Source: Catajapyx aquilonaris (Eukaryota). From it: a stretch of DNA of 61,160 nucleotides. Shown piece after piece: positions 13,401 through 26,315 of the stretch; position 1 is the stretch's first letter, and every line of letters begins with the position of its first letter. A program made the position numbers and the translations under genes. The stretch is taken from assembly GCA_000934665.2 (NCBI GenBank), contig KZ538569.1:1-61160 (forward strand), read 5' to 3'. The notes under the pieces are model-generated. The model was not told the origin of the DNA and did not search any database. It saw nothing but the letters and a program-made list of their open reading frames with translations.

Positions 13401-13847
13401 GTTTTGCATGAGGTGCCCACCTGAGAGCGCCATGATACCTTTCATTGCGCTATTATGTGGCGACCCTACCGGACTACGCTGAACTAAGGTAGAAGAGAAG
13501 CCGAACAGTACCTAAAATGGTCTTGTAGGTACTATACCGCTACATGAGGGCCAAACATGGCCGCCGGCGACCATGTTGGGTCCCCCAATGTAGCGCTTCA
13601 CAAAATGGAAGCGCTACTCTGAACTAAGGTATAGAAGAGAAGCCGAACAGTATACCTAAAATGGTCTTGTAGGTACTATACCGCTACATGCGGGCCCGCA
13701 TGTAGCGGTATAGTACCTACAAGACCATTTTATGTACTGTTCGGCTTCTCTTCTACCTTAGTTCAGCGTAGTCCGGTAGGGTCGCCACATAATAGCGCAA
13801 TGAAAAGTTGTCTCATGGTCCTCTCAAGTGAGCACCTCATGCAAAAC
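13401..13847. mobile_element. Foldback element with ~145-bp inverted arms and an internal duplication
   Basis: Arms GTTTTGCATGAGGTG...TTTCATTGCGCTATTATGTGGCGACCC...CGCTACATG; palindromic centre CATGCGGGCCCGCATG. Confidence 0.8.
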
Positions 13848-13892
13848 GTCCGATAAGAGGGAGTGTCCAGACCTTAGTATTCTAAAACCATG

Positions 13893-14254
13893 GTCACGGT
13901 CCATCACGATGACGCCAACTCCAGATGAGTGCAGAGGGAGTTGGTGTTCGCTCGTTTCTTGCATTCTGATTGGTAGATATGTCGAACGGATAGGGACAAA
14001 ACGATGGCCTCGGTCAGTATATGATTTTCGATTGGTCCTGGGTGAGGAAGCAGAGCATAATTCACCATCCGGCGCCAACAGCATCCATCCCGTGCTGCAT
14101 TGGGCCTCATCATCACGATGCTCCCCAGGGCAAGAATAAGGAAGAAGTCAATTATTATTGCGCCCAAGGGATGCCAGACGAAGGGATTTTCAAGCTCTTG
14201 GGGTTGAGCCCGACTCGCACACTTTGCCAAACTCCCCGAGTCTAATGTTGGCAC
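13893..14254 (-). pseudogene. IR relic, M1-M3
   Basis: NPFVWHPLGAIIIDFFLILAL (pre-M1/M1); NYALLP ~ NQILP; VRHIYQSE ~ FSTLYSSK; NSL..LEL ~ DSLQDLL. Confidence 0.45.
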
Positions 14255-15330
14255 GAATACGGAAGTTTCCTGCTATCCATTACAGTTGTCACACGACTCG
14301 AACACCGTTGACGGTCGCAAACTTGGTAGGAAATCACGTTTGTCAGACATTAGGACGGAGAGGACCGCCATGACTTCCAAATTCATTGTGTCAATATATC
14401 GATATTGAATCGATATATATTCACCCAAATGAGCGGTAGAAAATAAATTAAAAGTTGGTACTCGCTGTAATCAATATTTTCAGCGCGTGCGTACAGTATG
14501 CGTACTGTATCATATGTATCTGCATTTTTGTCACCTACAACCAGATCCGGACAAAAAAATTGTTCCCATCAGTTATAAAACGGCACGGAACCCATTTTAT
14601 CACCGAATTTATGGCTTCAGATCCACCCCCCATACTTTCTGCACTAAACATTAATTAGAGTGGGTGAATGTACGTGATGAGTTAATTCGCGCACCGTTTG
14701 ACCTGAATCGGAGAAAGCAAACACTGGGTTCTAACTAGGGAAATAGTAGTCGTCCGTGAGGAAGAAAACGTGACTTAACCCTTACGGGGTTACCGTATTG
14801 CGAATCCCCAACCGGAGCGGTTGGGGATTCGCGGTAACCCCGTAACAAAAAAACAAACATGTGACGTAACGGAAACGAACGAAAGTCCCTTCACATTCCA
14901 TGGTCGGATGATCCTCGATATGTTATTGGACCGGGGTAAGATCGGAGTACATGTAATTTAACCTGTACCCCCTTCAAACCCGTTACTTTGCTTCTACTGA
15001 CCCGCTTATTGGCCCGGTGGATATCTCATTGGTGCCATCGCCTGATGTAAAGTTCAACATAACTTGTCTTGTGGGCCTCAAGGCATGGTTCACCCTCGGA
15101 CCTACAAGGTGTAGCGGAAAGGCATGTATTAATCGCTTGTTGGACGTTTATTAATGAGTTGGTTAAAAATAGTGCATGGTACATTTAGCTAATTACTATC
15201 GTTAATCACTGTGCAATATTAGCGATAAATGTTGAATTGTGGCGACATCGTTAATAATCTATAATATCGTATCACCGCGGATTTTGATTGGCTCTTTGCA
15301 CGGCTCCTCCGATTGGCCCGACGTATGATT

Positions 15331-15662
15331 GAGTCGCGGAACCCCTTCGAGTCGCGGAACCCCTTCGAGTCGCGGAACCCCTTCGAGTCGCGGAACCTCT
15401 TCGAGTCGCGGAATCCCTNNNNNNNNNNNNNNNNNNNNNNNNNNNNNNNNNNNNNNNNNNNNNNNNNNNNNNNNNNNNNNNNNNNNNNNNNNNNNNNNNN
15501 NNNNNNNNNNNNNNNNNNNNNNNNNNNNNNNNNNNNNNNNNNNNNNNNNNNNNNNNNNNNNNCCCTTCGAGTCGCTGAACCTCTTCGAGTCGCGGAACCC
15601 CTTCGAGTCGCGGAACCCCTTCGAGTCGCGGAACCCCTTCGAGTCGCGGAACCCCTTCGAGT
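15331..15662. repeat. 18-bp minisatellite (GAGTCGCGGAACCCCTTC)n spanning an assembly gap (N 15419-15562)
   Basis: Directly visible; flanked by a 22-bp direct repeat at 15310 and 15671. Confidence 0.95.
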
Positions 15663-16138
15663 TCGATGTTCGATTGGCCCGACGTATGATTGCGATCCGA
15701 TCCGATTGACCCCCGTTCTGCGCTGCGCAATGGGGGAGGCAGCGCAGCGCCTCTGGTGGATGGGAAGAGGAACTAGTCTTGTATAAAATGCGTACCGGTA
15801 CGGTAATAAATAAAATTAATTTTCTAATGCAGAATAAATCTCATTGCGTAAATTCTCAGGTGATATACCTTGTTCTTTGGTGGTATCACCTCATTTTTTC
15901 CAGTATGGGAATTTCTCATTGCTGCATACATCCGGATGGAAAGAGACGGGAAGCGAACCCACGACCTTCCGGAACGGCCAAGGCCTTTTTGTGTGTCTGT
16001 TTTTTTTTTTTTTTCATTGGCCCCTTCCATTGTGAATGTGGCTTGGAGAAACCGTGTTGGGAAGTGCTCCACTCCTTGGCCACCCATGCCATAAACACCC
16101 ATGTTTAGTGTCGAATTATCAGGTGATAACACGACACA

Positions 16139-16440
16139 TTGAAGATACGCTCTTTTTGCTGGGTACCACTTGAGATGTTACCCATGTCTTATTTTGGGGT
16201 TGTTACCATGGGAAACACTGCTCTACTTGCTTTCAGGGCTACTTGCATGAACTTCTTGACAGCTTTCTGCCATAACCAGCGGCATTATTTGCCGCGCGTT
16301 CGCCACGGGGGGAATGACGCAAACAATAACAAACCGCAACCCTTTTTCTGGTAACAAATTCAATTCCACGCTGAGAGTGTCTGGGGGAAGCGACATAAGT
16401 GGCGTGACAATAAGGATGGACTCCATTTTCAGTAGGTTAG
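16139..16440 (+). pseudogene. IR relic, S1/pre-M1
   Basis: AFCHNQ ~ SFCQTE; PQPF ~ TQPY; RHKW ~ RQKYW; TPFSVG* ~ VPFTWSLW (frameshifted). Confidence 0.4.
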
Positions 16441-16974
16441 GGCGAGGAAGAAAAGAGGTTGAGGTGCTCCATTTTCCAGGAGGAAACAATTGATGGCCTG
16501 GAATTTTTTTTTCCGTGCATTTGTAACAATGTGTGGTCACATCGTGCACGCATTGAAATAAGGTCGGAGATGCCCTCTTGGTATGCTCCATTATTGGGAG
16601 ATGCATGACAATAAATATTTCAGGGTGGTCCTAATGATGGGTATTGGGTATCCTGAGTAACCGGAGGCAGTCGCGTGCAGTCTGGGCACCCCCTATTCAG
16701 TTTCACAATAGGGTGCGCTGGGGGGCCCTGAAAATAGGACTACTACTGGACCACTGTTGAAGTAGCTGTATCTCTAATTGCCACTTATTGGGAGGTAAAC
16801 CTTGCCTGCGTGCTCACCAACCGCGCTTTATTGCGGCCATGCACGGCATCAATGGTAGCTTGTATTTTTAAGGAATGTTGAAGTTAGCACCTGAAATCAC
16901 GTAGGGTCAGACCAAGGTCAGAAAATGGCGATGTAGCACCTGTATTGTAGTGGGTGGGTTTAAAATCGTATTAT

Positions 16975-17190
16975 AAGCCGTCTCACGACTGCTTACAACT
17001 CCCCCCCAGGTCCCCACTAGTGTCCCCACTAGCACCCAGCACTAGTGTCCCCACTAGTACCCAGCACTAGTGTCCCCACACGACACCTTAAGTAGCCAAG
17101 AGATGGCGTGAGTGTCGTGTGGGGACACTAGTGGGGACACTTGTGGGGGACTAGTGGGGACCTGTTGTAATCAGTCGTGAGACAGCCTGA
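16975..17190. repeat. Inverted repeat with internal CCCCACTAGT tandem units
   Basis: GCCGTCTCACGACTGCTTACAA...GTCCCCACTAG is mirrored by CTAGTGGGGAC...TTGTAATCAGTCGTGAGACAGC. Confidence 0.75.
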
Positions 17191-19839
17191 TACGAGGCTA
17201 TATGTTTGTTTATTACTGAACTATGGGTCAGGAGACATGACCTATAGGCTATCATCCTGGAAAATTGCAGGTAGTCTCGAGCTCCAGTTAACCGTTTCGC
17301 CTCAGGGTTTTTATACTTCAGGGAATAGAATAACATGTAATTACCCGCAGTTTGTACCTTTTACACCTTCACAGACACTATAAACTCCAGGTCCGTAAAA
17401 ATAACAGCGTCACCTTGTAGGATCAAGAGATACATAGAAGTCGTAATCACCCAACTTCTCACCTTTATCACGGTCGAGTTGAGTGTAATTAACCCAACGG
17501 TGCACAATTTTTTTTTTATCCGGTCGCTTTGGTACTTTACGGTATCTCCTTGTGATGTGAGGGAAGTACAAGAGGCTGTTAGTGTGTTGGAAGAGATTTC
17601 GAGTCAGAGAATGAATTTCCTGAAGATGGTTTTCCGGAAATTCATTCCCTGAGGGCACTAAAGGTTCTGTACAATCACTTTCTGTAAGCGTTATTCGGGA
17701 TGGGAAGGAAAAATATCAAAAGTGCACGTGTATAGAAAGTTGATTAAGCACTGCAACGCGATTAAATAAACCCTTCTGTGAGTGCAGTGAAGCTTGTTTA
17801 TAATGCAAAGTCACAGGAGCGTAATTCCGTCCGTTACTTTGCAAAGGAACTTCTTTGTCGCATCCTCTTTTTTTGGGGGGTAGCGTCTTCTCGTGGGAAC
17901 GTTACCGTCAATTTTTAACTGAGCGACAACGTTTTTTTTTTGAAGGTCAAGCTGACATATGGTTGGTAATTCACATTGGCCAAAATGTATGGGTCCAGCT
18001 CATAACCTTTGCTGGAAATTGCTCGAGGGAATAGAATTTTACTGTCAAAAAACTAGGGGGGCGTACTTTGTTAAGCAGCTAATTTGGAAAAAAAAATGTC
18101 CTCGTGGGGACGGTCATTCAAAAAGCTGACGGCCCAGCAAAGGTTAGGAAGGTGTGGCCTGCATAGATAAAGGACCTTTATTGTCAACCCAAATTTTGGA
18201 CAATAAATGCGGTGAACGAACTCTAGGGGTTTTAAAACCTGGAGATTAGTGCAACAAAGTGATTATATAGCCCAATATTGTTTACCTCACTGAACATCAT
18301 TTGGAGTTGGAATGAAGTTTATTTACTCGTATGTGTGCCTATATACACACACATATGTTTATTTTATTTACCCCAGTGCAGTGGCTGAGGCTGGTTTGCT
18401 TTGAGAGGATTCCTGTTCATATACCTGAATATCTAAGAGTAAGCTTTCAGTACTGCAACTTTGTACCTAATTAGAGTGAATAACCCTTCACTTACAGTAC
18501 TTGGTAACGACTCTTATTTAGTTGAGCCCTGACTGACACATGGCCGGTCTCCCCTTTCCCACTGCATAATTCGCATTTGCCAAAATGCCAAGTCTGTAAC
18601 CTTTTGCTGCGTGCCATGTGGAAATCCCCCTGGAGGGAACTTTTTGCGGTTTTTTTTTTTTTGAAGGGAAGTGAAGTGTGGTAAATAGAGTCTCCAACTT
18701 GAATGGCGGGCCAAGCAAACGAGAAACATACTGGGCGGAGATAATCTTCATGCCCACAGGCGGTCATCAGGAAATTTACATCAGTTAGAGGCCTAGCGTG
18801 ATAACCTTGGTGCTTTACGAGAGAGAGCATGGACATACCTGCATGGAAAGAATTTTTTTTTAGGTCGAAAAGTGGTGGATTATGTAAAGCGAACAATTCG
18901 TGCCCGTTTTAGATAGCATATCTATTATTCCGGCCCGCAAAGTGCGAAACCACTACATGGCTATTCAATTCTGGCGATAAGTATAATCTGCCTGGTAGTT
19001 TCCGGATCTAGAGTGGATATCAACGTAGTGTGAATGGCAGCGTGCAGTGCATTTCAATTTTTTGCATTATCGCCCCTGTTGCATGTGTTCACCACCAAAT
19101 GGACACTGAGGTGGTCGCAGCGATTTTACACATTTGGAGTCCGTCATGTCATGGACACTCACCCCTTCTGAAGAAAAGTTGACGCATTGTACGAAATTTC
19201 ATTTTTTTTGTATGAAAAAATATTGAATATGTGACGTTGGCAGTTTTGCCAATAGATGGCGTGGATCCTGTATAACAAGTCGTGTGACAGCCTGAGTGGC
19301 TGATTAGGGACAGATCCTATACAACGAGTAAGGATGACATCGTTACGTAAATAAACATATCAAATCAGCAAAGTTAGTGGGGTAATTCTATCTGCAGTTG
19401 CATTTTTGGCCTAAAATATGTCTTGCGAATTTATAGCTTGGCCTCTGTACATCCGTGATAATTAAAGGCTCGCATTTCAATGTAATGGCGTAAACTCTGG
19501 AAACCATTCCAGTGGGGGGGAGGGCGGTGAAATGTACGCGAAACATTTCACAGCCATAATCCGGAGGCTTGGCTTCCGTTTCGCACCCCGAGGGATCCAT
19601 AGAGGAACACAGACGCAGCCTCTTTGGTCTTTGTACAGGTCTGGGATAACTGGTGGTTACAAAGGGGCAGGAGGTAAATAATTGAGCTCCACTTTCCTCA
19701 TTACGCCGCCTTGGAGTTGCAGACTGTATATGCATCCTCTACCATATTTTTTATAGAACCAAACACCTTCCAGGAAGCCAGTGGTAATTTATGCCTCCCC
19801 GGGATTTACGGACCTTTTTACTTCCTTCCTCATCATTGT

Positions 19840-20220
19840 TACTCGATTTTGAGATTGTTAATAACATCAGCCCCAGGTTCAAGGTGTAATCAGAGCACAA
19901 TTGCTAGTATTGTGGCCTGTGTGGTACTAAATCCAGTGTCCAGGGACGGTTATACTGCCCTCTGAATATTGCCGTCAAATTATGGTGTGGTCTTCAGGGT
20001 GCAATAATGTCATCGCATAAATGTTTCTTCCGATGAGCTTGACCATGAGTTGGTTACAAAACTCGAAGCCCGTAATGTTGAGAGCTCACCTTGAAGTTGA
20101 GATTCCAATCTGAAAACCGCAAATCTCGTTCCCGTGGCCCTTACAATGTACTTCCTGACATGTACTCCGCTAAGGTTTATATCGGGCGGACCCCTTCAGG
20201 GGAATACCACTTTTTGAATG
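19840..20220 (-). pseudogene. IR relic, S1-M1
   Basis: LNFKVSSQHYGL vs LNYRTAMSEFGL (gapless); FCNQLM ~ FCQTELM; RPQY*QLCSDYTLNLGLMLL vs RQKYWELIVVPFTWSLWLMLF, with TAG at the Trp codon (19904-19906). Confidence 0.65.
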
Positions 20221-21569
20221 GACTTCTCAGCACCTACAGGTGTGATAGGAGGGGACCAAAATTCACAGGTGTGATATGTGTACACGCCCCCCCTTTCGTT
20301 TTGCTTACATGTAATAATTGGACACGACTCAGCAAGGCCCTATCTGATCTGTAGTATTGTGACGCTTTCAGTATAGATGGGGCTAGTTGCAAGTTGGCGG
20401 TTTTGGCAGGAGATGGCGGGTGGCTGGTGGGTGGCGCACCCGGAGTTGTGTAATCAGTCGTGATACGGTTTGAGACCTAGGCAGCAGGTTAGTTCTCACA
20501 GATTTCGCGATAATATTGCAGAATATAAACTTGTTAGCCCAGCCATGTTGACTTCCGATTCGACAAACGCTAAAACTGGTACCCACGCTTTGCAACCCCA
20601 TAATTAAGCAGACCACAGCGGAGAATTCGCGTAAATCTAACCCGCTCGTACCCGCTTAAAACCGCACATCTCCATTCCGCGAAAAGCCACGTATTGGCGA
20701 GAAAACACATTCGCAAATGCGCCGGAAAAGTTACACATGACTCTGAGAACACCTGTGTTACTACAAACAGTATTCGAGCCATGTCCATTTCTCCTTTTAC
20801 TAGCCCAGGCTTTGCGACAGGTTTTATGATCAAGACTTAGAAACCGTCTGTAGATCGTATATCATTCTATTCCACGTTGCCTCGAGCGGGAACCTTAAAA
20901 CCGCTAATGTTCAAGCCTGAAAATTTAGCTGGTATATATGGGATGGAGGGTGCAAAAGCAAGGTTAGAAAGGTATACTGCTGGAAGTAGAATCATTAATT
21001 TCGGACGAATTAATTAAGCGGGGCTTTTATTCTCGCAGCTGGCTCCACGGATGAGTTTGACACTTTTAATGCGTGCTGTCACGCAGACCTGCACTTTCAG
21101 GGGATAGTGCTGGTCAGCTGGTTTTTGTGTGTGGAGGACTGGTGTTTCAAAAATCGGTTTTAAGAGGTGGACGATGTTTTTTGAACAGATATGTCGACTT
21201 CCTAGGTTTCTAATTAGCAGGTTAGATATGGGTGTGGTCTTGCAGTATTGTTCGGATCGCATGCCCCCGTTTTTTTTTGGGGGGGGGGGGGGGAAAAANA
21301 AACAATCGTTAATTAACGGAAATGTTTGAGCTACCGGTATTGTACTGCTGGAGGCATCGATGTAATCGATAGGAACGACAAGAACTTGATTTTGAAACTG
21401 CCGGAATACTAGCACGAAATATTGGTGCATGGAAATTTAAAAAAAAATTGTGATATGTCATAATAGGTCATGTCTGGTATTTTCTGTAGGCGTGTACTTT
21501 TGTAGCTAATAATAATAAATAAGTGAATAAATATTTTGAAATTGTAATAAATTAAATTGAAATATGTAC

Positions 21570-21727
21570 CTACTGCTAATCGGGAGGTCCTGGGTTCGAG
21601 TCCCGGGGCCGGCAATCATAACCATGGTTTTCTGTGGTTTCCCACGGTCCCCCCAGGAGAATTCCGGGATTGCTTCCTAAATAATAGGCCACAGCCGCTT
21701 CCTTCCTTTCCTACCCTTGTCCTGTCA
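21570..21727 (+). mobile_element. tRNA-derived SINE, 5'-truncated
   Basis: B box GGTTCGAGTCC at 21593-21603 followed by an arthropod SINE-like body GGTTTTCTGTGGTTTCC...CCGGGAT...AGGCCACAGCCGCTTCCTTCC. Confidence 0.8.
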
Positions 21728-22707
21728 ATGAGGAGGTGCGGTGTCGGTGGGGAACTTCCGACCCGCACTTAGGGGGATGTCTTGTAGCTTTGCCCCCTGG
21801 GGGACTGCACACGACCCCCAAATTTCGGACATCGTACTTGCACCCCCCCCCCCCTCACAAATCCCTATCCTGACCCCTGAACCGGAGAGAAAAAATGCGA
21901 AGAAATTTCGTAAGAAAAATGGTGGTAATCAACCCCCCTAAAAGGGCTCTGTTCCCTCTAATGGGGTAAAGCTAAAAAAATATTGAAATATGTTGAATTT
22001 GTAGGCTAATAAAGGAAATTGAAATATTTCGAATTTTAAATAAATTAGATTGAAATATTTTGAATTTGTTAAAATTATTATTACTGCAAAATTGATTTTA
22101 AAATTAGGGTTCATTCATAAAGCAATTATAAGCGATTACAATGGTTCTGACAGACTGTAGCTAATATTAAATGCATCGGATAATTAAACAATCCAGCTTA
22201 AAAAGTGGCTTCGTGCATGACCATGCGTATAATGCCACAATTGCCGGTAGATATAACACTAGTACTTAGCAAAGAGTTCATCCGAGATAATTAGGCCCAA
22301 AAAAAACTTCACTTTAAAAGTATTTCTTCCTCCTTTTTTCCCTCCTTGCTCGTTTCAAGTCTATCGTTGAGAAAGTGGATTAGGACCGCTTTGTTCGAGA
22401 CGATCCGCTCAATCCGGCAGAGAAGAAACGCAGAAGAAGAAAAAGGAACAGGTGTGTAAGGAGGATGATGGGTAGCACTTTGGGAAGTGGGAACTGTACA
22501 TATTGATTTCTTCTTTTTTTAAAAAAAAAAAACACTTCCTCTACCCGCGCCATATTTTAAAGCAGCCGCCTGGACTCAAAGGCCGATAGGAATGAATTAC
22601 GCCTCGCAGTTCCTGATAACTTGTTGCGGAAGGGAAGAATTTTTCCTTCGCTTCGACGAACCGTCAAGGGAAGAAAAGGGAGTCAAATACATATAGCATG
22701 GGGGTTA

Positions 22708-22964
22708 CAGGGTGTTCCGAAGTTAACTGGCAAATCCGAGGATATTGCAGTGTATTGTATGCCGATGATATTGCAGTGTATTGTATTCCGATGATATTGC
22801 AGTTGTATCGAAAATTTTCAACAAAAAATCATAAATGTATGTATACTATGCACTATAGTGCATAGTATACATACATTTTCGAATTGCCCTGCAATCCTCA
22901 AGAACAGGATTAAAAATATATACCCTGAAGTTCGCCAACTGCTAGTTTATTCTGTGACACCCTA
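22708..22964. mobile_element. Degenerate TA-CAGGGTGT MITE with an internal 26-bp tandem repeat
   Basis: Ends TACAGGGTGT...ACACCCTATA; (GATATTGCAGTGTATTGTATGCCGAT) about 2.5 copies at 22741-22805. Confidence 0.55.
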
Positions 22965-23089
22965 TAGGCTTTCGATTCCTCTCCCCACCTTCCTCCCCAG
23001 TCCTTCCTTCAGGAAAAAAAAGGAGCGGCCCGGTTCTATCTCCTCGGAATCATTTTTCAATTCTGGAAACCGGGCAGAGGCGGAATGTT

Positions 23090-23400
23090 GTTGCGTGGTA
23101 CTATATATAAGGAGCTCTTGCAATATGGAAAGCGGCGGACGTGCTTTGCCTATTGAACCCTGCTAAACCTTCCCCTATGGCGAAATAACTCCGATAAAAC
23201 CTGTACCCAGGGAGGAGAGCGGCACTCTATATTGATATCTACAAGCCCGGGCCTGTAGTCTATTAAATCTTAATTGATCTACGAGGGTTACTTGGAAGGA
23301 TAAGGAGAGCGAATTGCCTGATCAAAATTCACCTGCTTTTATGCGGACCTGGAGGTGTACTATGAGGCTTCTCGAGATGAGATATTGGCTTCTGTTTAAC
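23090..23400 (+). pseudogene. IR relic, end of N-terminal domain and start of S1
   Basis: PC*TFPYGE vs PCYFCYFGE (gapless), followed at the expected spacing by LYIDIYK vs LYIDTTK. Confidence 0.6.
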
Positions 23401-23658
23401 TCCAGGAGAATGGTTAATCATCAGTGCACAAACTCGGTACATTATCAAGAATTTACATGTATAATTTTGTTGTCATGAGACACTTCTAACGTTGAACCTG
23501 CACCCTGTAAAATTTAATGCATGCCCTGACTTTGCCTCAAATGGGAACTAGAATTACAGTTATAGACTGTCTAGATTATTTCTAATTTTAAGTGATTTTA
23601 ATTATTTTTAATTATGTTAAATTGACTTCACAGTGAAAATTTTCTATCCACTGGCTCA

Positions 23659-23938
23659 GTCAATTCTCAGTATGAGTCAATATTTTTGAATATTTATTTC
23701 ATCAACTGAAAAATTTGTAGCATACGTATACGTACACATATGTACTGTAGTATACATACACGTACACGTATGTAGTATACGTACACGTACACGTATGTAG
23801 TATACTTACACTTATTACGTACACGTAGCCTATGTAGTAGTCTACGTATACGTACAGAATAGATGTTATAGGTAAGCTTACAATTTCTCAGTTGATGAAA
23901 TAAATATTCAAAAATATCGATTCATACTGAGAATTGAC
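23659..23938. mobile_element. Element with ~60-bp TIRs around a (TACG/TACA)n low-complexity core
   Basis: GTCAATTCTCAGTATGA...CATCAACTGA arm and its reverse complement. Confidence 0.7.
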
Positions 23939-24509
23939 GTGTACGTGTACGTGTACATATATTACGTACGTGTACCTGTACGTGTACTACATACGTAGGG
24001 ACATGTCCCCACTGTAACGGTGATATTCTCGTGTGAGACGCTGTTGGGACCGAATATGTCCCCACAATTGGGTCAACGTCCCCAGAGTTACAGTAACACA
24101 CCTGTTTCCGCCCCAGACTTTACTGAAGACAAGAACACCCACACACACACCTCCTTAACGTGGGGTCTGTGCGAAGGGTTGCTTCAAGACCACCTAAAGT
24201 ATTTGAACCGATAGTACGTATACGTATACTATCGACACTGAATATGCGCCTAGTGAACAAAGGCAGATGATATATTGCATCATCATTCGAGAGATGATTG
24301 CAAACCAGCAATGATTAAAATCAAGGAAGTAAACTCTTAATGGTTCTTGAATGCCTCTATTTCATAATACCTGTTATAGGTAGCATTTTGCTCCATAAAT
24401 CTTTATTGCCGCGGAACAGCCCACATTAGCGCTACCGCTGTAAGAACACCACTGTTGGATGTAACAAGAGGCAAAAAAGTGCGGGAATTACTCTTCCTTC
24501 ATCTGCAAC

Positions 24510-25125
24510 ACCTGGGCATCTGGCCATAAGACCTCCACACAAATAATGAAGACTGAAGTCAGGCCTAATTCACGCTCCGGTCCTAGGCCATGCAACCTTC
24601 CACAACTTACATTTTTATATTCGCCTTTTCACTTGGGGCAGTACGGAGGCAGCAGCCACATCCATTTTTGTTACTGCCAAATTCATGGATGGCCCGGAGG
24701 CCCAGTTCCCAACGTGACCTCCCCACCCACCCTCTCGTTTAGGGGAACTCGGAGTGGGTGGGTTACTATATATATAAAAAATAGCACTCTATATACGGAT
24801 CTAGGCCTGGGATGTGGAGCTCATTCTACAGCACGCACTTTGCTACTTGAAGGATCCTTTTTAGGAGCCATAAATACCTAATTAAAAGGGAGGTAAGGCC
24901 AAGCACTGAGATGAGGTCGATCCTATCTCCGACTATGCAGCTTTTCTAGGAAGACATGCACAAGTTGATGTCTTCATTGTACAACTTATGAATAGGCTCT
25001 CTATTTTGAATAATATTGACATTTTTGTCTACAAACTGGTCAGAGGCTACGTAGGCCATGAAGTCCTTGAGACATACTGTATACAGTAGGCGGACAAGGA
25101 AATGCCTACAGCACTGTATATATGG
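24510..25125 (-). pseudogene. IR relic, M3-M4
   Basis: IYSAV ~ LYSSK; TVCLKDFM ~ TVDSLQDLL; ASDQF ~ AADDYY; EPIHK ~ NPVHL; FIICVEVL ~ FTILVFEL. Confidence 0.5.
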
Positions 25126-25429
25126 AAGGCTTTTCTAAATCTGGCAAGAAAAGTGCGTGATGGTGCCTCTCATGTTTAGAAAATTTATTATTCCGCCATT
25201 TTTTTTTCTCCCCATCCTGTTTCCTATGGCCGGGGATTGTGAACCGCAGGAGACAGAAATGATTTCCATGCAAGGTGCATACAATCCACGAGCCCTTATT
25301 ATTAACTCTCCGTGCTCATGTCAGTCGAGCCCGCTGGAATTAATTCCCATGCATTTTTTATGGGGAACTGCGATTCTGTTCTTGCGTGAAAACGGTCCGA
25401 TTCACGGAGGAGGAAACAGATTAGACCCA

Positions 25430-25630
25430 CTCGGTTTTGGGAAACTGATATGGATTTTTTAAAGGGGGACAACAATGCCTTTTGAAAAATGCCGATTTGA
25501 TGTAAGCGTGACTGTATTCTGGGGAGTGAAAACTTAATTTGGATCTGGAAACTTCAATTATTGTGGAACATGCTCTAATTTTAGGGGGAAATGTGGATAT
25601 TGCTTATACAGCAGTTGATGTGACGTTCCT
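25430..25630 (+). pseudogene. IR relic, M4
   Basis: Gapless LDLETSIIVEHALILG vs LQLRNVTAPFHVLLLG. Confidence 0.45.
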
Positions 25631-25756
25631 CAGCAGGCTGGTCCTGAAGAGGTCATCCCTTGCATTGATGATTATAATTTTCGATTATTGTTCAGATATA
25701 CATTTAGACGAAAAAAATGCAATTTTTTGTTGGAAATGTTGAAAACTTCTGATATA

Positions 25757-26315
25757 CAGGGTGTCTCAACTTTTTTGTCCGATCAGTTATCGGAAAAGCC
25801 TATGTATCTTCTAGCTATGTAGCCAGAATATGCCCCAACATTCCTGGCACATCCCTCAACTGTTGAAGGATGTGCCAGGAATGTTGGGGCATATTCTGGC
25901 TACATAGCTAGAAGATACATAGGCTTTTCCGATAACTGATCGGACAAAAAAGTGGAGACACACTGTGGAAAAGCATATGTATCTTCTAGCAATGTAGCCA
26001 GAATATGCCCCAACATTCTTGGCACATCCCTCAACAGTTGAAGGATGTGCCAGGAATGTTGGGGCATATTCTGGCTACATAGCTAGAAGATACATAGGCT
26101 TTTCCGATAACTGATCGGACAAAAAAGTTGAGACACCCTGTGGAAAAGCATATGTATCTTCTAGCTATGTAGCCAGAATATGCCCCAACATTCCTGGCAC
26201 ATCCCTCAACAGTTGAAGGATGTGCCAGGAATGTTGGGGCATATTCTGGCTACATAGCTAAAAGATACATAGGCTTTTCTGATAACTGATCGGACAAAAA
26301 TGTTGAGACACTCTG
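25757..26315. mobile_element. Palindromic Tc1/mariner-type MITE amplified in tandem (3 units, 175-bp period)
   Basis: TA|CAGGGTGTCTCAAC...; a 209-bp near-perfect palindrome plus two 175-bp partial copies; terminal TA. Confidence 0.9.

Noticed and set aside
15272..15786. ORFs with LEGVPR / RVAEPL repeats
   Set aside because: They are translations of the 18-bp minisatellite across an N gap.
20090..20109. 20-nt minus-strand microexon (TTTTCAG|...|GTGAGC, DWNLNFK)
   Set aside because: The peptide continues through the donor as LNFKVSSQHYGL, which aligns to the IR, so it is better explained as part of an IR relic.
21570..21612. tRNA gene
   Set aside because: Only a B box and T-arm are present, with no A box or acceptor stem, and a SINE body follows. 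The same applies to B-box fragments near 15950 and 52680.
25757..26315. CRISPR-like array
   Set aside because: No unique spacers, TA-flanked TIRs, eukaryotic context and no cas genes.
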